Assembly (NCBI GenBank): GCA_963785415.1
Contig: CAWAVB010000001.1
Span: 1,443,922-1,507,921 of the forward strand
Source: an uncultured Acidimicrobiaceae bacterium
GTDB lineage: Bacteria > Actinomycetota > Acidimicrobiia > Acidimicrobiales > Bog-793
Direction of reading: 5' to 3'
DNA length: 64,000 nucleotides
In this document: positions 1 to 9,959 of the stretch, in pieces
Numbering within the stretch: position 1 is the first letter of the stretch
Layout: every line of letters begins with the position of its first letter
Position numbers and translations under genes: made by a program
The notes under the pieces: generated by a model
What the model saw: the letters and a program-made list of their open reading frames with translations, nothing else
Database searches by the model: none
What the model was told of the DNA's origin: nothing

Positions 1-485
1 GCCTCGACGATCTCGTGAGCCGGGAAGGTCGAGTGGCCGAAATAGCGGATCTTGCCCGCACGGACGAGGTCGGTGAGCGCGCCGAGCGTCTCGTCGATCG
101 CACAGCTGTCGTCGGGGCGGTGGATCTGGTAGAGGTCGATGTGGTCCGTGCCGAGCCGCCGCAGGCTCGCCTCGCACTCGGCGATGATCCACCGCCGCGA
201 GTTGCCCTGCCTGTTGGGATCGTCCCCCATCGTGCCGTGGACCTTCGTGGCGAGCACGACGTCGTCACGCCGTCCGCCCGCCAGCGCCTTGGCGACGATC
301 TCCTCCGACTCGCCCGCCGAGTAGACGTCGGCGGTGTCGATGAAGTTGATCCCGGCGTCGAGGGCGCGGTGCGCCATCCGGACGCATTCGTCGTGGTCGG
401 TGTTGCCCCACGAGCCGAACATCATCGCCCCGAGACAGAGCGGGCTGACCCGGACGCCAGTCGTGCCGAGTACGCGGTATTCCAT
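1..485 (-). CDS. aldo/keto reductase (N-terminal part; gene runs off the left edge)
   Basis: Minus-strand translation from the ATG at 485 reads MEYRVLGTTGVRVSPLCLGAMMFGSWGNTDHDE...GINFIDTADVYSAGESEEIV...HIDLYQIHRPD, the typical AKR N-terminus. It is absent from the ORF track because it is edge-truncated. Confidence 0.8.
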   Translation of the reverse strand, partial: MEYRVLGTTGVRVSPLCLGAMMFGSWGNTDHDECVRMAHRALDAGINFIDTADVYSAGESEEIVAKALAGGRRDDVVLATKVHGTMGDDPNRQGNSRRWIIAECEASLRRLGTDHIDLYQIHRPDDSCAIDETLGALTDLVRAGKIRYFGHSTFPAHEIVE

Positions 486-747
486 GACCCGATCGTACCG
501 AGAGGTCGCCGAACACGACCAGGGGTTGTTCGCCCCGGCGAACGCCAGGTCCGGCGCGCCGTCCCCGCCAGGTCGGCCGCTTCCCCCGGTCGAGCCCTTG
601 CGATAGGTGATCGGGACCGCGACCCTCGTGATCGAACGCCCTTCGACGCCGACGACCGGCTCCGGATCGTTCGCGTCCGCCGGAACGACCGCGGTCAGAG
701 CACTCGGACGAGCCGACGCTGTCCGATCAGACAGACAGGCTCCCGGG

Positions 748-2316
748 TTAGGGCGGCGAGCCGATGTCCTCCGCCGAAGCGGGCGGCGGTTCCTCGAGCG
801 GGATCTCGACGATGAACGTCGCGCCAGAACCCGTCTCGCTCTCCACACGTGCCGAGCCGCCGTGCGCCTCGGCGATCGAGGCCACGATGGCAAGCCCGAG
901 ACCCATCCCGCCGCTCTCGCGCGTCCGCGAGGCGTCGGCGCGGTAGAAGCGCTCGAAGATCCTCGGCAGGTGCTCCGGGGCGATCCCCGGGCCGTGGTCG
1001 GTGACGGTGAGCACCGCCCGGGTGGTCTCGGCCCCGACCCGCACCTCGACCGGGGTACCGGCCGGCGTGTGGTCGAGGGCGTTGCGGACGAGGTTGGCGA
1101 CCACCTGGCGCAGGCGCTGCTCGTCGCCCAGCACGATGACCGGCGACGACGCTTCAACGGTGATCGGCCGCCCCGTCTCGAGGACCGCGGCGTCCGCCAC
1201 CACTTCGCGCGCGATCCCGGCGAGGTCGACGGGGTTGCGTTCCAGCGGGCGGCCCTGGTCGAGCCGGGCGAGGAGGAGCAGATCGTCGACGAGCACGCCC
1301 ATCCGCTCCGCCTCGTCCTCGATCCGGCGCATAGCTGACGCAAGGTCCTTCGGCCTCTCGGCGGCCCCGCGTCGGAACAGCTCCGAGTAGCCGCGGATCG
1401 ACGTGAGCGGCGTGCGCAGCTCATGGGAGGCGTCGGCGAGGAACTGCCGCAACCGTGCCTCGGAGGCTTGCTGTCTCGCGAAGGCCTGCTCGATCTGGGA
1501 GAGCATCTCGTTGAGCGACGCCCCGAGCCGTCCGACCTCGGTGTGCTCGTCGGCGTCCACGACGCGGCGGGAGAGGTCACCGGCCGCGATCGCACCGGCC
1601 GTCCGTTCGATCTCGACGAGCGGCCGCATGCCCACGCGCACGAGGGCAAACCCGAGCACGGCGAGGACGACGAGCACGGCTGCCGAGACGGCGAGGTCGA
1701 TCGTCACGAGCCGGCCGAGCGTGCTGTCGAGCGCGGTGAGCGGGATGGCGACGACCGCGTAGCCGCGGGTATCGCTGCCGAAGTAGCTGACGTTGCGGAT
1801 GATCACCGGCTGGGCGAGCACCTGGTACTGGAACGAGGAATTGCCCTCGGCACCGACCGAGAAGTAGCTCGCCGCCGAGGAATGCGACGACGTACGCAGG
1901 CTCGCCGGGAAGTCCGGCGCCGGCCCGACGAGGCTCGACGCGGGCGTCTCCGTGAGAATCCCCGCCGAGTCGATGAGGGCGCCGCAGGTCCCGGACGGCG
2001 TGTCCCGGCCGAACCCGAAGTTCCCATTGAACCCGCCGGCCCCGGACGTCAGCTGGTTCTCCACGGGCTGCAGGGCCGTGTTGAGCTCCGAGTCGACCTG
2101 GCCCACGAGATACGACTGGACCTCGTCGTAGATGACGACGTCGGCAATGACGAGCCCGGTACCGACGATCACGACGAGGCCGAGCGACAGGCGCGCCCGC
2201 AACGACAGCCGCCGCCACCGCCTGGCGATGGCCGAGGCGACGGCCCTGGCCCGCTCACACCACCGCGTCACGGCACGCTCAGTTCGCGGCGGGGACCCGC
2301 AGGCTGTATCCGACAC
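748..2316 (-). CDS. two-component sensor histidine kinase (TM-HAMP-HisKA-HATPase)
   Basis: H-box [19 protein letters not shown]; N/G boxes [10 protein letters not shown] and DHGPGI...[10 protein letters not shown]. It overlaps the stop of the upstream response regulator. An alternative GTG start lies at 2271. Confidence 0.85.
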   Translation of the reverse strand: MSDTACGSPPRTERAVTRWCERARAVASAIARRWRRLSLRARLSLGLVVIVGTGLVIADVVIYDEVQSYLVGQVDSELNTALQPVENQLTSGAGGFNGNFGFGRDTPSGTCGALIDSAGILTETPASSLVGPAPDFPASLRTSSHSSAASYFSVGAEGNSSFQYQVLAQPVIIRNVSYFGSDTRGYAVVAIPLTALDSTLGRLVTIDLAVSAAVLVVLAVLGFALVRVGMRPLVEIERTAGAIAAGDLSRRVVDADEHTEVGRLGASLNEMLSQIEQAFARQQASEARLRQFLADASHELRTPLTSIRGYSELFRRGAAERPKDLASAMRRIEDEAERMGVLVDDLLLLARLDQGRPLERNPVDLAGIAREVVADAAVLETGRPITVEASSPVIVLGDEQRLRQVVANLVRNALDHTPAGTPVEVRVGAETTRAVLTVTDHGPGIAPEHLPRIFERFYRADASRTRESGGMGLGLAIVASIAEAHGGSARVESETGSGATFIVEIPLEEPPPASAEDIGSPP

Positions 2317-2977
2317 CCCGGAGCGTGTGGATGAGCGGCGGCCCGAGCGTGTCGATCTTCTTGCGCAGGTAGCTCACATAGGTCTCGACGACGTTGGCGT
2401 CACCGCCGAAGTCGTACTCCCAGACGTAGTCGAGGATCTGCGCTTTGGAGAGCACCCGGCGCGGGTTCAGAAGGAAATAGCGGAGCAGTTTGAACTCCGT
2501 CGGCGTGAGCTCGATCGGTGTCGTCCCGCGGAAGACCTCGTGGGTCTCCTCGTCGAGCTCGAGATCGGCGAACACGAGCCGCGACGACGCGCCGACTCCG
2601 TCGGCGACCCGCCGCAGCACCGCCCGCACCCGGGCGATCAGCTCCTCGAGACTGAACGGCTTCGTGACGTAGTCGTCGCCACCGAGCGTCAGCCCGCGGA
2701 CCTTGTCCTCGGTCGCGTCCTTCGCCGTGAGGAAAAGGATGGGCACCCGGCGCCCGTCCTGGCGGATCCGGCGCGCCACCTCGAAGCCGTCGAGGTCGGG
2801 GAGCATGACGTCGAGGATGAGCAGGTCCGGCCGGTTCGACTCCAGCTCGGTGAGCGCGGCACGACCCGTCGGGGCGGTCGCCACCTCGAACCCCTCGTAG
2901 CGGAGCGCGGTCGCGACGAGATCGGTGATGTTCGCCTCGTCGTCGACGACGAGGATCCGCCCTGACGCTGCGGTCAC
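2279..2977 (-). CDS. OmpR-family response regulator
   Basis: Receiver domain ILVVDDE...DLLILDVMLPDLDG...FLTAK, plus a winged-helix C-terminus LTPTEFKLLRYF...RGVGY. Confidence 0.9.
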   Translation of the reverse strand: MTAASGRILVVDDEANITDLVATALRYEGFEVATAPTGRAALTELESNRPDLLILDVMLPDLDGFEVARRIRQDGRRVPILFLTAKDATEDKVRGLTLGGDDYVTKPFSLEELIARVRAVLRRVADGVGASSRLVFADLELDEETHEVFRGTTPIELTPTEFKLLRYFLLNPRRVLSKAQILDYVWEYDFGGDANVVETYVSYLRKKIDTLGPPLIHTLRGVGYSLRVPAAN

Positions 2978-3048
2978 CGGGGAATCATGCGTCGCCAGAC
3001 TGACAAATTCCTGTGAACGACCTGTACGGCGGCTGTAGGAGCGACTTC

Positions 3049-4416
3049 CTAGACGCGGGCCATGTTCGCGAATCGGGCGTAGTTCGTTACGAAGGCGAGC
3101 TGCACGGCACCGGTCGGGCCGTTGCGGTGCTTGGCGATGTGGATCTCGGCCGCGCCGCGGTCCGGCGATTCGGGGTTGTAGATCTCGTCCCGGTAGATGA
3201 ACATCACGACGTCGGCGTCCTGCTCGATCGCGCCGGACTCGCGCAGGTCGGCGAGCATCGGGCGCTTGTCGGAGCGGCTTTCCAGGCCGCGCGACAGCTG
3301 GCTCAGCGCGACGACGGGGATCTCGAGCTCGCGGGCGAGGATCTTCAGCCCCCGGCTGATCTCGGAGATCTCGACCTGGCGGTTCTCGGCGTTCATCCGG
3401 CCGCTCATCAGCTGCAGGTAGTCGACGACGACGAGCCCGAGCCCGTCCCGGGCCCGCATCCGGCGCGCCTTCGCGCGGATGTCCATGACGGTCACGTTCG
3501 GGTTGTCGTCGATGTGCAGGGGCGCGCCTCCGATGCGGCCGATCGCGCTCGAGATCTTCGGCCAGTCGGCCTCGAGCAGGCGGCCGTTGCGCATCCGCGT
3601 GGCGTCGACGCGCGCCTCAGCGCACAGCACGCGTTGGGCGACCTCGAGATGGCTCATCTCGAGCGAGAAGAAAAGGACGGGGGTTCCCAGCATCGCCGCG
3701 TTCGCCGCCAGGCCGAGAGCGAAGGCGGTCTTGCCCATCGAGGGCCGCCCGCCGACGACGACCAGGTTCGAGGGCTGGAGCCCCGAAAGGTGCTCGTCGA
3801 GGTCCGTGTAACCGGTCGGCACCCCGGTGATCGTCTCGCCCCGGTCGTACAACTCCTCGAGCCGGTCGAGGCTCCGGCCGAGCAGGTCGTGGAGCGAGAC
3901 GATGCTGTCGGCGGACCGGCGCTGGGCAACGTCGAAGACCATCGCCTCGGCCTGGTCGATCGCCGTCGTCACGTCGTCGGGCAATCCGTAGCCGATCTCC
4001 GCGATCTCCTGGGCGACGCCGATCAACCGGCGCAGCAGCGAATTCTCCTCGACGATCCGCGCGTATCGCCCGGCCGACGAGATCGCCGGGGTGTTCGACT
4101 GCAGCGAGCCGAGCATCGCCGCGCCGCCGATCTCCTCGAGCACACCGGCGCGGCGGAGCTCCTCGGCGACGGTCACCGCGTCCGCGGGCTCACCCTGGCC
4201 GTAAAGGGCGGTGATCGCCCCGTAGATCTGAGCGTGCGACGGTTTGTAGAAGTCCGCCGCCGAGCACCTCTCGATCGCCACGGCGATCGCGTCGCGCGAG
4301 AGCAGCATCGCTCCGAGGAGCGACTCCTCAGCTTCGAGGTTGTGCGGCGGGACGCGCCCGGGGACCGCCGGGGCCTGACGCGGGCGTCGTCGGGTTTCTT
4401 CGAGCGGCTGCAACAT
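3049..4416 (-). CDS. dnaB: replicative DNA helicase DnaB
   Basis: PPHNLEAEESLLGAML N-terminus and Walker A GGRPSMGKTAFAL. The ORF opens at 4485, but the ATG at 4416 (MLQPLEE) is the more plausible start. The length argues against an intein. Confidence 0.9.
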   Translation of the reverse strand: MLQPLEETRRRPRQAPAVPGRVPPHNLEAEESLLGAMLLSRDAIAVAIERCSAADFYKPSHAQIYGAITALYGQGEPADAVTVAEELRRAGVLEEIGGAAMLGSLQSNTPAISSAGRYARIVEENSLLRRLIGVAQEIAEIGYGLPDDVTTAIDQAEAMVFDVAQRRSADSIVSLHDLLGRSLDRLEELYDRGETITGVPTGYTDLDEHLSGLQPSNLVVVGGRPSMGKTAFALGLAANAAMLGTPVLFFSLEMSHLEVAQRVLCAEARVDATRMRNGRLLEADWPKISSAIGRIGGAPLHIDDNPNVTVMDIRAKARRMRARDGLGLVVVDYLQLMSGRMNAENRQVEISEISRGLKILARELEIPVVALSQLSRGLESRSDKRPMLADLRESGAIEQDADVVMFIYRDEIYNPESPDRGAAEIHIAKHRNGPTGAVQLAFVTNYARFANMARV

Positions 4417-4650
4417 GGTCGGGCTCACATTGCACCCGCGCGCTTGCGAATCGCTAGACGCACATCGCGGGGATAAACCCAACAATCCTGTGCGTTTCCG
4501 GTGGAGTACCGCGACGATTCTGTGTGTTGCGCGGACGACTCAGGTTGCGCGCGCGCTGTCGTCGACCTGTCCACGTCGCGGAACCGTACGGGAAGGCTAT
4601 GACACCGCCCGCGGCTTGGGATCGGGCGCGCCCCGGATGGCGGGAACTGG

Positions 4651-5094
4651 TTAGCTGACCACCTCGACGGTGAGCACGAACTCGACCTCGGGGTGGAGGT
4701 GGACCCCGACCTCGTGCGTCCCCACTGACTTGATCGGCTCGTGGATGACGAGCTTGTGCCGGTCGAGCTCGACCGAGGTCTGCGCCTCGACGGCGGCGAC
4801 GATCTCGGCCGGCGTGACCGAACCGAACAGCCGGCCGGCCTTGCCGGCGTGGGCCGTGACGGTGATGACGACGGGCACGAGCTGCTGGGCGATCGCCTCG
4901 GCGGCCTCACGGGCGTGCTGGTCCGCGACGTCACGGGCCCGGCGCATCGCCGTCGCCTGCGCGGAGATGTTGCGCGTCGCGACGATCGCCCGACCCGAGG
5001 GCAACAGGTAGTTCCGGGCATGGCCGTCGCTCACCTCGACGAGGTCACCGCGCTTGCCGACGCCTTCGATGTCGGTCCGCAGGACGATCTTCAC
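4651..5094 (-). CDS. rplI: 50S ribosomal protein L9
   Basis: The GTG at 5094 gives (M)[31 protein letters not shown]. This start overlaps the rpsR stop as GTGA. In the ORF track it is fused into the 310-aa ORF 4651..5583. Confidence 0.9.
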   Translation of the reverse strand: MKIVLRTDIEGVGKRGDLVEVSDGHARNYLLPSGRAIVATRNISAQATAMRRARDVADQHAREAAEAIAQQLVPVVITVTAHAGKAGRLFGSVTPAEIVAAVEAQTSVELDRHKLVIHEPIKSVGTHEVGVHLHPEVEFVLTVEVVS

Positions 5095-5583
5095 TCCGCG
5101 CTCTCCGATCCTTCGGGCTCGGCATCCATCTCGACCTCGTCGACCACGACTTCGACCTCGTCGGCCACGACTTCGGGGATCTCTTCGGGCTTGACTTCCC
5201 CGTCCGTCGCGGCGACGGCGACCGCGGCCGCCGGTCGTTCCTGGGACCGTGAGAACCCGGGCCCCCGCGACCCGCCGCGCCCGCCACCCCGCCCACCGGG
5301 GCGTTCGCTCGTCGTGCGCTGCGTATAGGGCAGCAGGGCGAGCTCCCGTGTCATCTTGATCGCGGTCGCCACGTCGCGCTCGGTGCTGGGCGCAGTTGCC
5401 GGACACCCGCCGGGCGCGGATCTTGCCGCGGTCGGACATGAACTTGCGGAGCAGGTTGACGTCTTTGTAGTCGACGTACTCGATCCGGTCCTTGCAGAAG
5501 ATGCAGACCTTCTTCTTCGTCCGACGCCCGTTGTCCTTCGGCACGCGGCGTGTTGAGCGTTCCCGGTCGTTGTTCCTCGCCAT
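5091..5583 (-). pseudogene. rpsR: 30S ribosomal protein S18, interrupted by a 1-nt frameshift near 5382 (or a sequence error)
   Basis: The N-terminal 67 codons (MARNNDR...[41 protein letters not shown]) are in the frame of 5583. The conserved continuation [19 protein letters not shown] is in the +1 frame (ORF 5091..5372). The junction reads CAG CAC C GAG CGC. Confidence 0.7.
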
Positions 5584-6047
5584 CAGAAGGGCTCCTCGTC
5601 CACGGCCGGGGCCGGTTCGTTCGCCGCGGGGCGACTCGCCCTCGGGCCCCCGCCAGCGGGTCTGGCGTCGGAGCCCGGACCGCGCCGTTCGTTCTTCACG
5701 ACCTGCGCCGTCGCCCAGCGCAGGCTCGGACCGAGCTCATCGGCAATGACCTCGATCTTCGTTCGCTTGTCGCCGTCCGGGGTCTCCCAGGAGCGCTGCT
5801 CGAGCCGACCCGTGACGATCACCCGCGCGCCCTTCACGAGCGATTCGCTGACGTTCTCGGCCATCTCACGCCAGCACACGACGTCGAAGAACGAGGTCGC
5901 CTCCTCCCACTCGCTCGTTTGGCGGTTCTGCCAGCGCCGGTTGACGGCGAGCCCGAAGCTCGCGGTCGCCTGTCCGGCCGGGGTGAATCGCAGTTCGGGA
6001 TCCCTCGTCACGTTGCCGACGAGAACGACCGTGTTGCCGTTCGCCAT
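5583..6047 (-). CDS. ssb: single-stranded DNA-binding protein
   Basis: [25 protein letters not shown]... OB fold with an acidic tail ending DEEPF. Its stop overlaps the rpsR ATG as ATGA. Confidence 0.9.
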   Translation of the reverse strand: MANGNTVVLVGNVTRDPELRFTPAGQATASFGLAVNRRWQNRQTSEWEEATSFFDVVCWREMAENVSESLVKGARVIVTGRLEQRSWETPDGDKRTKIEVIADELGPSLRWATAQVVKNERRGPGSDARPAGGGPRASRPAANEPAPAVDEEPF

Positions 6048-6069
6048 CTTTCCGTCTCCGTTTTCTCGA

Positions 6070-6411
6070 CTAGCTCGCCTGGGCGTCGCTCGGCGCCTCA
6101 TCGGGCTGCGCGCGGCCAGCAACCTTTTCCGGCTGCCGGATGATGCGGTGGCGCAGAACCTCATCGGTGAGCGTGAGCATCCGGTCGACCTCGGCCATCG
6201 CCGCCGGTTCGGCGACGACCTCGATGAAGAGGTAGAAGCCCTCGGTCTTGTGCTTCAGCTCGTAGGCGAAGGTCCGGCGACCCCAGCGGTCGATGTGGCC
6301 GACGGATCCACCGTGGGAGCGCACGAGCTCGGCCACGCGGTCGGTCGTCGCCCGAATGTCGTTCTCATCCAGGCCGACATCGAAGATGACAGCGATTTCG
6401 TAGGGCCGCAG
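6070..6411 (-). CDS. rpsF: 30S ribosomal protein S6 (apparent CTG start)
   Basis: The conserved N-terminus (L/M)RPYEIAVIFD lies upstream of the track ORF 6070..6336. An in-frame TGA sits two codons upstream of the CTG at 6411. There is no ATG, GTG or TTG between that stop and 6336. GGAGGAGG lies 9 nt upstream of the CTG. Confidence 0.8.
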   Translation of the reverse strand: MRPYEIAVIFDVGLDENDIRATTDRVAELVRSHGGSVGHIDRWGRRTFAYELKHKTEGFYLFIEVVAEPAAMAEVDRMLTLTDEVLRHRIIRQPEKVAGRAQPDEAPSDAQAS

Positions 6412-6584
6412 GGCGGCTCACCTCCTCCGGACCCGGCGTCGTTGACGTCCGGGGCCCCGGTCGCACCGGGGCAGGGGTGAATATGACCTCGTCATGGTAG
6501 CCGACAACCCCCGGTCTCCTGGCGGGCTCCCGCCGGGGACATCCTCGCGGCCGGCAGTATCGCTCCGCCTACCGGATGGGCCCC

Positions 6585-7436
6585 TCAGTGCGCCGAGGCC
6601 TCTCCGAGATTGCGTCGCAGCTCGGCCGAGGCGTGGTAGGTCTCGTCCGGAGACGGGTAGCTCCCCGCGACCACGTCCCGGGCAAACGCGGCGATCGCCT
6701 CGCGGGCCGCCGTGCCGAGATCGGCGTAGCGGCGGACGAACTTCGGCGCCGGTCCGAACGACAACCCGAGCAGGTCATGGAGCACGAGCACCTGTCCGTC
6801 GCAGGCGGGACCGGCCCCGATCCCGATCGTCGGCACGCCGATCGAGGCGGTCACCCGCTCCGCCACGAGGTCGGGGAGCCCTTCGAGGACCACGGCGAAG
6901 CAACCCGTGTCGGCGAGGGCGCACGCGTCGTCTTCGAGTTGGCGCGCCGCGTCCGCGTCCTTCCCCTGGACGACGTAACCGCCCATCGCGTGGACCGACT
7001 GGGGCGTGAGCCCGAGGTGGCCCATCACCGGGATCTCGGCGTCGAGGATCGCCCGGACCGCCGGGATCCGGCGTCGACCGCCCTCGAGCTTCACGGCCTG
7101 CGCCCCGGCGCGGACGAGCGCCGCCGCATTACGGACCGTGTCGGCGAGGTCGACGTGGTAGCTCATCCACGGGAGATCCCCGACGATGAGCGCGGCGGGT
7201 TTCGCCCGGGCGACGGCGGCGACGTGGTGGATCATCTGGCCCATGTCCACGGCGAGCGAGTTCTCGTAGCCGAGGACGTTGTTCCCGACCGAATCGCCGA
7301 CGAGGATGACGTCGGCGCCAGCTTCGTCGACGATCCGCGCGAACGGGGTGTCGTAGGCGGTGACCATCACGATCGGCGGTGCCCCGCGGGCCCGTTTGCG
7401 GGCGGCGACCGACGGCACCGACACGTGCTCTCTCAT
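6585..7436 (-). CDS. panB: 3-methyl-2-oxobutanoate hydroxymethyltransferase
   Basis: IVMVTAYD...ILVGDSVGNNVLGY...KLEGG...MGHLGLTPQS are family motifs. Confidence 0.9.
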   Translation of the reverse strand: MREHVSVPSVAARKRARGAPPIVMVTAYDTPFARIVDEAGADVILVGDSVGNNVLGYENSLAVDMGQMIHHVAAVARAKPAALIVGDLPWMSYHVDLADTVRNAAALVRAGAQAVKLEGGRRRIPAVRAILDAEIPVMGHLGLTPQSVHAMGGYVVQGKDADAARQLEDDACALADTGCFAVVLEGLPDLVAERVTASIGVPTIGIGAGPACDGQVLVLHDLLGLSFGPAPKFVRRYADLGTAAREAIAAFARDVVAGSYPSPDETYHASAELRRNLGEASAH

Positions 7437-7551
7437 CCTTACCTCCTGTCGTCCAGCGCACTTGGCTGCCGGCGACGATCACAGGGTACTCAGCGGATTC
7501 CTTCCGGGGCCCATCGTCGTCGGGACGCGTCGCCCCGGTGCGGGCCGCTCC

Positions 7552-7968
7552 CTACCGGAAGGGCCGGTTACGTGCGGCCGGCGAGGTGAACATCCGCAAT
7601 AGGTGGTTCCACGAGCACTGTGGGCAGACCTCGACGACGTAGAAGGCAACATCGTCCCGGCTGCGAGCGAGCGAGCGCATCTCGCCGTCCATGCTGAGCG
7701 CCCTCCCTCCCGCCGGAAGACGCGGGCCGAACGCGAAGGCGACGTGCACGAGCTTCGACTCTTCGCAGATCGGGCAGTCGACCTCCGTCACCCTGCCCAG
7801 GTTGCACGCCACGCGCATGAGCTCGGGATGCGCGTCGCAGACGTCGAGCCGCGACAGCCGTCCCCGCAGGTACTCGCGCACGACCGAATCGCGGGCGAGG
7901 CGGTACTCGATCTGACCGAGGCCCGTCGGCTGAAGGCCCCGGGCGGTCGACTCGGGTTCGGGCGGCAC
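7552..7968 (-). CDS. conserved actinobacterial Cys4 protein (DUF5318-like)
   Basis: CPICEES...CPQCSWNH zinc-ribbon-like pair. It is divergent from the PadR-ino1 genes, as in other actinobacteria. The family name is from memory and was not searched. Confidence 0.6.
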   Translation of the reverse strand: MPPEPESTARGLQPTGLGQIEYRLARDSVVREYLRGRLSRLDVCDAHPELMRVACNLGRVTEVDCPICEESKLVHVAFAFGPRLPAGGRALSMDGEMRSLARSRDDVAFYVVEVCPQCSWNHLLRMFTSPAARNRPFR

Positions 7969-8095
7969 CCCGACAGGCTACCCGTCACCCTCCCGAGCCC
8001 CACGCCGGACCGCCGGCGTGCCTCCTGGGCCGGGTGGTCGACGTCGTCACGAATTCGACATATCGACTCGATACATCGACTGATACGATTCCCCG

Positions 8096-8851
8096 GTGCT
8101 CGAACTCGCGATCCTCGGCCTGCTCAAGGAGCGGCCGATGCACGGCTACGACATCCGCAAGTCGCTGCGCGAGGACTTCGGCGTGCTCTCGAACCTGTCC
8201 TTCGGGTCGCTGTACCCGGCGCTCGCCCGCCTCGAGGCCTCCCTCGCCGTGCACGCCGTCGAGCCCACCCCTCCGCTGCGCCGCTCGCGCCGCGCCGCCG
8301 AGGGCATGCCGCTCACCGGCTCGCTCACCGGCGAGCGCGCCGCCCTCGTCGCGGCCCGGGCGACGGCGAAGGCCGCGATCGCGCTCGGCAGCCGGAGCAC
8401 CCGGGCCCGCAAGGTCTACGAGATCACGCCGCACGGCGAGGAGATGTTCGAGCAACTCCTCCAGTCGGCCGACGAACAGGCCGGCGACCCCCGGGGCTTC
8501 TCGCTGCGGCTCGCCTTCGCCCGGCACCTCTCCCCCCAGGCCCGTGTGCGGCTCCTCGAGCGGCGCCGCGGTGAGCTCGTCGACCGCCTCCAGCGCGGCG
8601 AACGTTCGCTCGCCCGCCGGGCCCGGCCGATGGACGAATACGAGCAGTCGATCGCCGAACACGCCCAGGAGACGGCGGCGAACGACCTGTCGTGGATCGA
8701 ACGGCTCCTCGAGCGCGAGCGGACGGCGATCGACCGGACGGGCCGCGTCGCGCCCCGCGCGACCACGGCGCCCACGAAGGACGTAAACGACGCCCCCCTC
8801 CCGGCTGCGGTGGGAGCGGGCGACGGACGGGACGGAAGGCAACGGCCATGA
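8096..8851 (+). CDS. PadR-family transcriptional regulator
   Basis: (M)[23 protein letters not shown]...[13 protein letters not shown] winged-helix signature, located immediately upstream of ino1. Confidence 0.8.
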   Translation: MLELAILGLLKERPMHGYDIRKSLREDFGVLSNLSFGSLYPALARLEASLAVHAVEPTPPLRRSRRAAEGMPLTGSLTGERAALVAARATAKAAIALGSRSTRARKVYEITPHGEEMFEQLLQSADEQAGDPRGFSLRLAFARHLSPQARVRLLERRRGELVDRLQRGERSLARRARPMDEYEQSIAEHAQETAANDLSWIERLLERERTAIDRTGRVAPRATTAPTKDVNDAPLPAAVGAGDGRDGRQRP

Positions 8852-8867
8852 GACGAAGGGAACGGCT

Positions 8868-9950
8868 ATGACCAGCCCGAAGGGGAGAATCAAGCTCGCG
8901 ATCGCCGGAGTCGGCAACTGTGCGAGCTCGCTCATCCAAGGAGTCGAGTACTACCGCAAGGCGAGCGCGGACGAGACCGTCCCCGGCCTCATGCACGTCA
9001 CGCTCGGCGGCTACCACGTGGGGGACATCGACTTCGTCGCGGCCTTCGACGTCGACGCCGAGAAGGTCGGCCTCGACCTGTCGAAGGCGATCCAGTCGGG
9101 CCAGAACAACACGATCCGCTTCGCCGACGTGCCGACGACGGGTGTCACCGTCGACCGCGGTCCGACCCTCGACGGGCTCGGCAAGTACTACCGGGAGGTG
9201 ATCGAGGAGTCGCCCGCCCCGCCGGTCGACATCGTGGACGTCCTGCGCCGCACCGGTGCCGAGGTCCTCGTCGCCTACCTGCCCGTCGGCTCAGAGCACG
9301 CCCAGAAGAACTACGCCGCGGCCGCGATGGAGGCGGGCGTCGCCTTCGTGAACGCCATCCCGGTCTTCATCGCGAGCGACCCGGTCTGGGCGACGCGTTT
9401 CGAGAAGGCCGGCGTGCCGATCATCGGCGACGACGTGAAGAGCCAGGTCGGCTCCACGATCATCCACCGCGTTCTCACGAGGCTCTTCGAGGACCGCGGC
9501 ACGGTCCTCGACCGGACCTACCAGCTGAACTTCGGCGGGAACATGGACTTCAAGAACATGCTCGAACGGGAACGGCTCGAGTCGAAGAAGATCTCGAAGA
9601 CCCGGGCCGTCACGAGCCAGATCGACCACCGGATCGGGGCGGACTCGATCCACATCGGGCCGTCCGACCACGTCCCCTGGCTCGAGGACCGCAAGTGGGC
9701 CTATGTCCGGATGGAGGGGCGCAACTTCGGCGACGTGCCATTGAACGTCGAGCTGAAGCTCGAGGTCTGGGACTCGCCGAACTCGGCGGGCGTCATCATC
9801 GACGCCGTGCGGTGCGCGCGCCTCGGTCTCGACCGCGGACTCGCCGGTCCGCTCATCGGGCCGTCGTCGTACTTCATGAAGTCGCCGCCCGTCCAGTACC
9901 ACGACAGCGAGGCGTACGAGCTCGTCGAGCGGTTCGCCGCGGGGGACTGA
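8868..9950 (+). CDS. ino1: inositol-3-phosphate synthase
   Basis: [22 protein letters not shown]-terminus, a 360-aa actinobacterial-type MIPS, and synteny with the PadR gene. Confidence 0.9.
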   Translation: MTSPKGRIKLAIAGVGNCASSLIQGVEYYRKASADETVPGLMHVTLGGYHVGDIDFVAAFDVDAEKVGLDLSKAIQSGQNNTIRFADVPTTGVTVDRGPTLDGLGKYYREVIEESPAPPVDIVDVLRRTGAEVLVAYLPVGSEHAQKNYAAAAMEAGVAFVNAIPVFIASDPVWATRFEKAGVPIIGDDVKSQVGSTIIHRVLTRLFEDRGTVLDRTYQLNFGGNMDFKNMLERERLESKKISKTRAVTSQIDHRIGADSIHIGPSDHVPWLEDRKWAYVRMEGRNFGDVPLNVELKLEVWDSPNSAGVIIDAVRCARLGLDRGLAGPLIGPSSYFMKSPPVQYHDSEAYELVERFAAGD

Positions 9951-9959
9951 ACCCCCGTC

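Noticed and set aside
15-815. 266-aa plus-strand ORF at the left edge
   Set aside because: It is antisense to a clearly recognisable aldo/keto reductase on the minus strand. Its Arg/Ala/Pro/Gly-rich translation is typical of wrong-frame ORFs in high-GC DNA.
3013-4476. 487-aa plus-strand ORF
   Set aside because: It fully overlaps dnaB on the opposite strand and has low-complexity R/D/G/A composition. It is a GC artefact.
4651-5583. 310-aa ORF as a genuine S18-L9 fusion protein
   Set aside because: The middle third is Arg/Gly-rich out-of-frame sequence. The conserved S18 C-terminus sits in the +1 frame. L9 has its own GTG start overlapping the S18-frame stop. A 1-nt indel explains the fusion.
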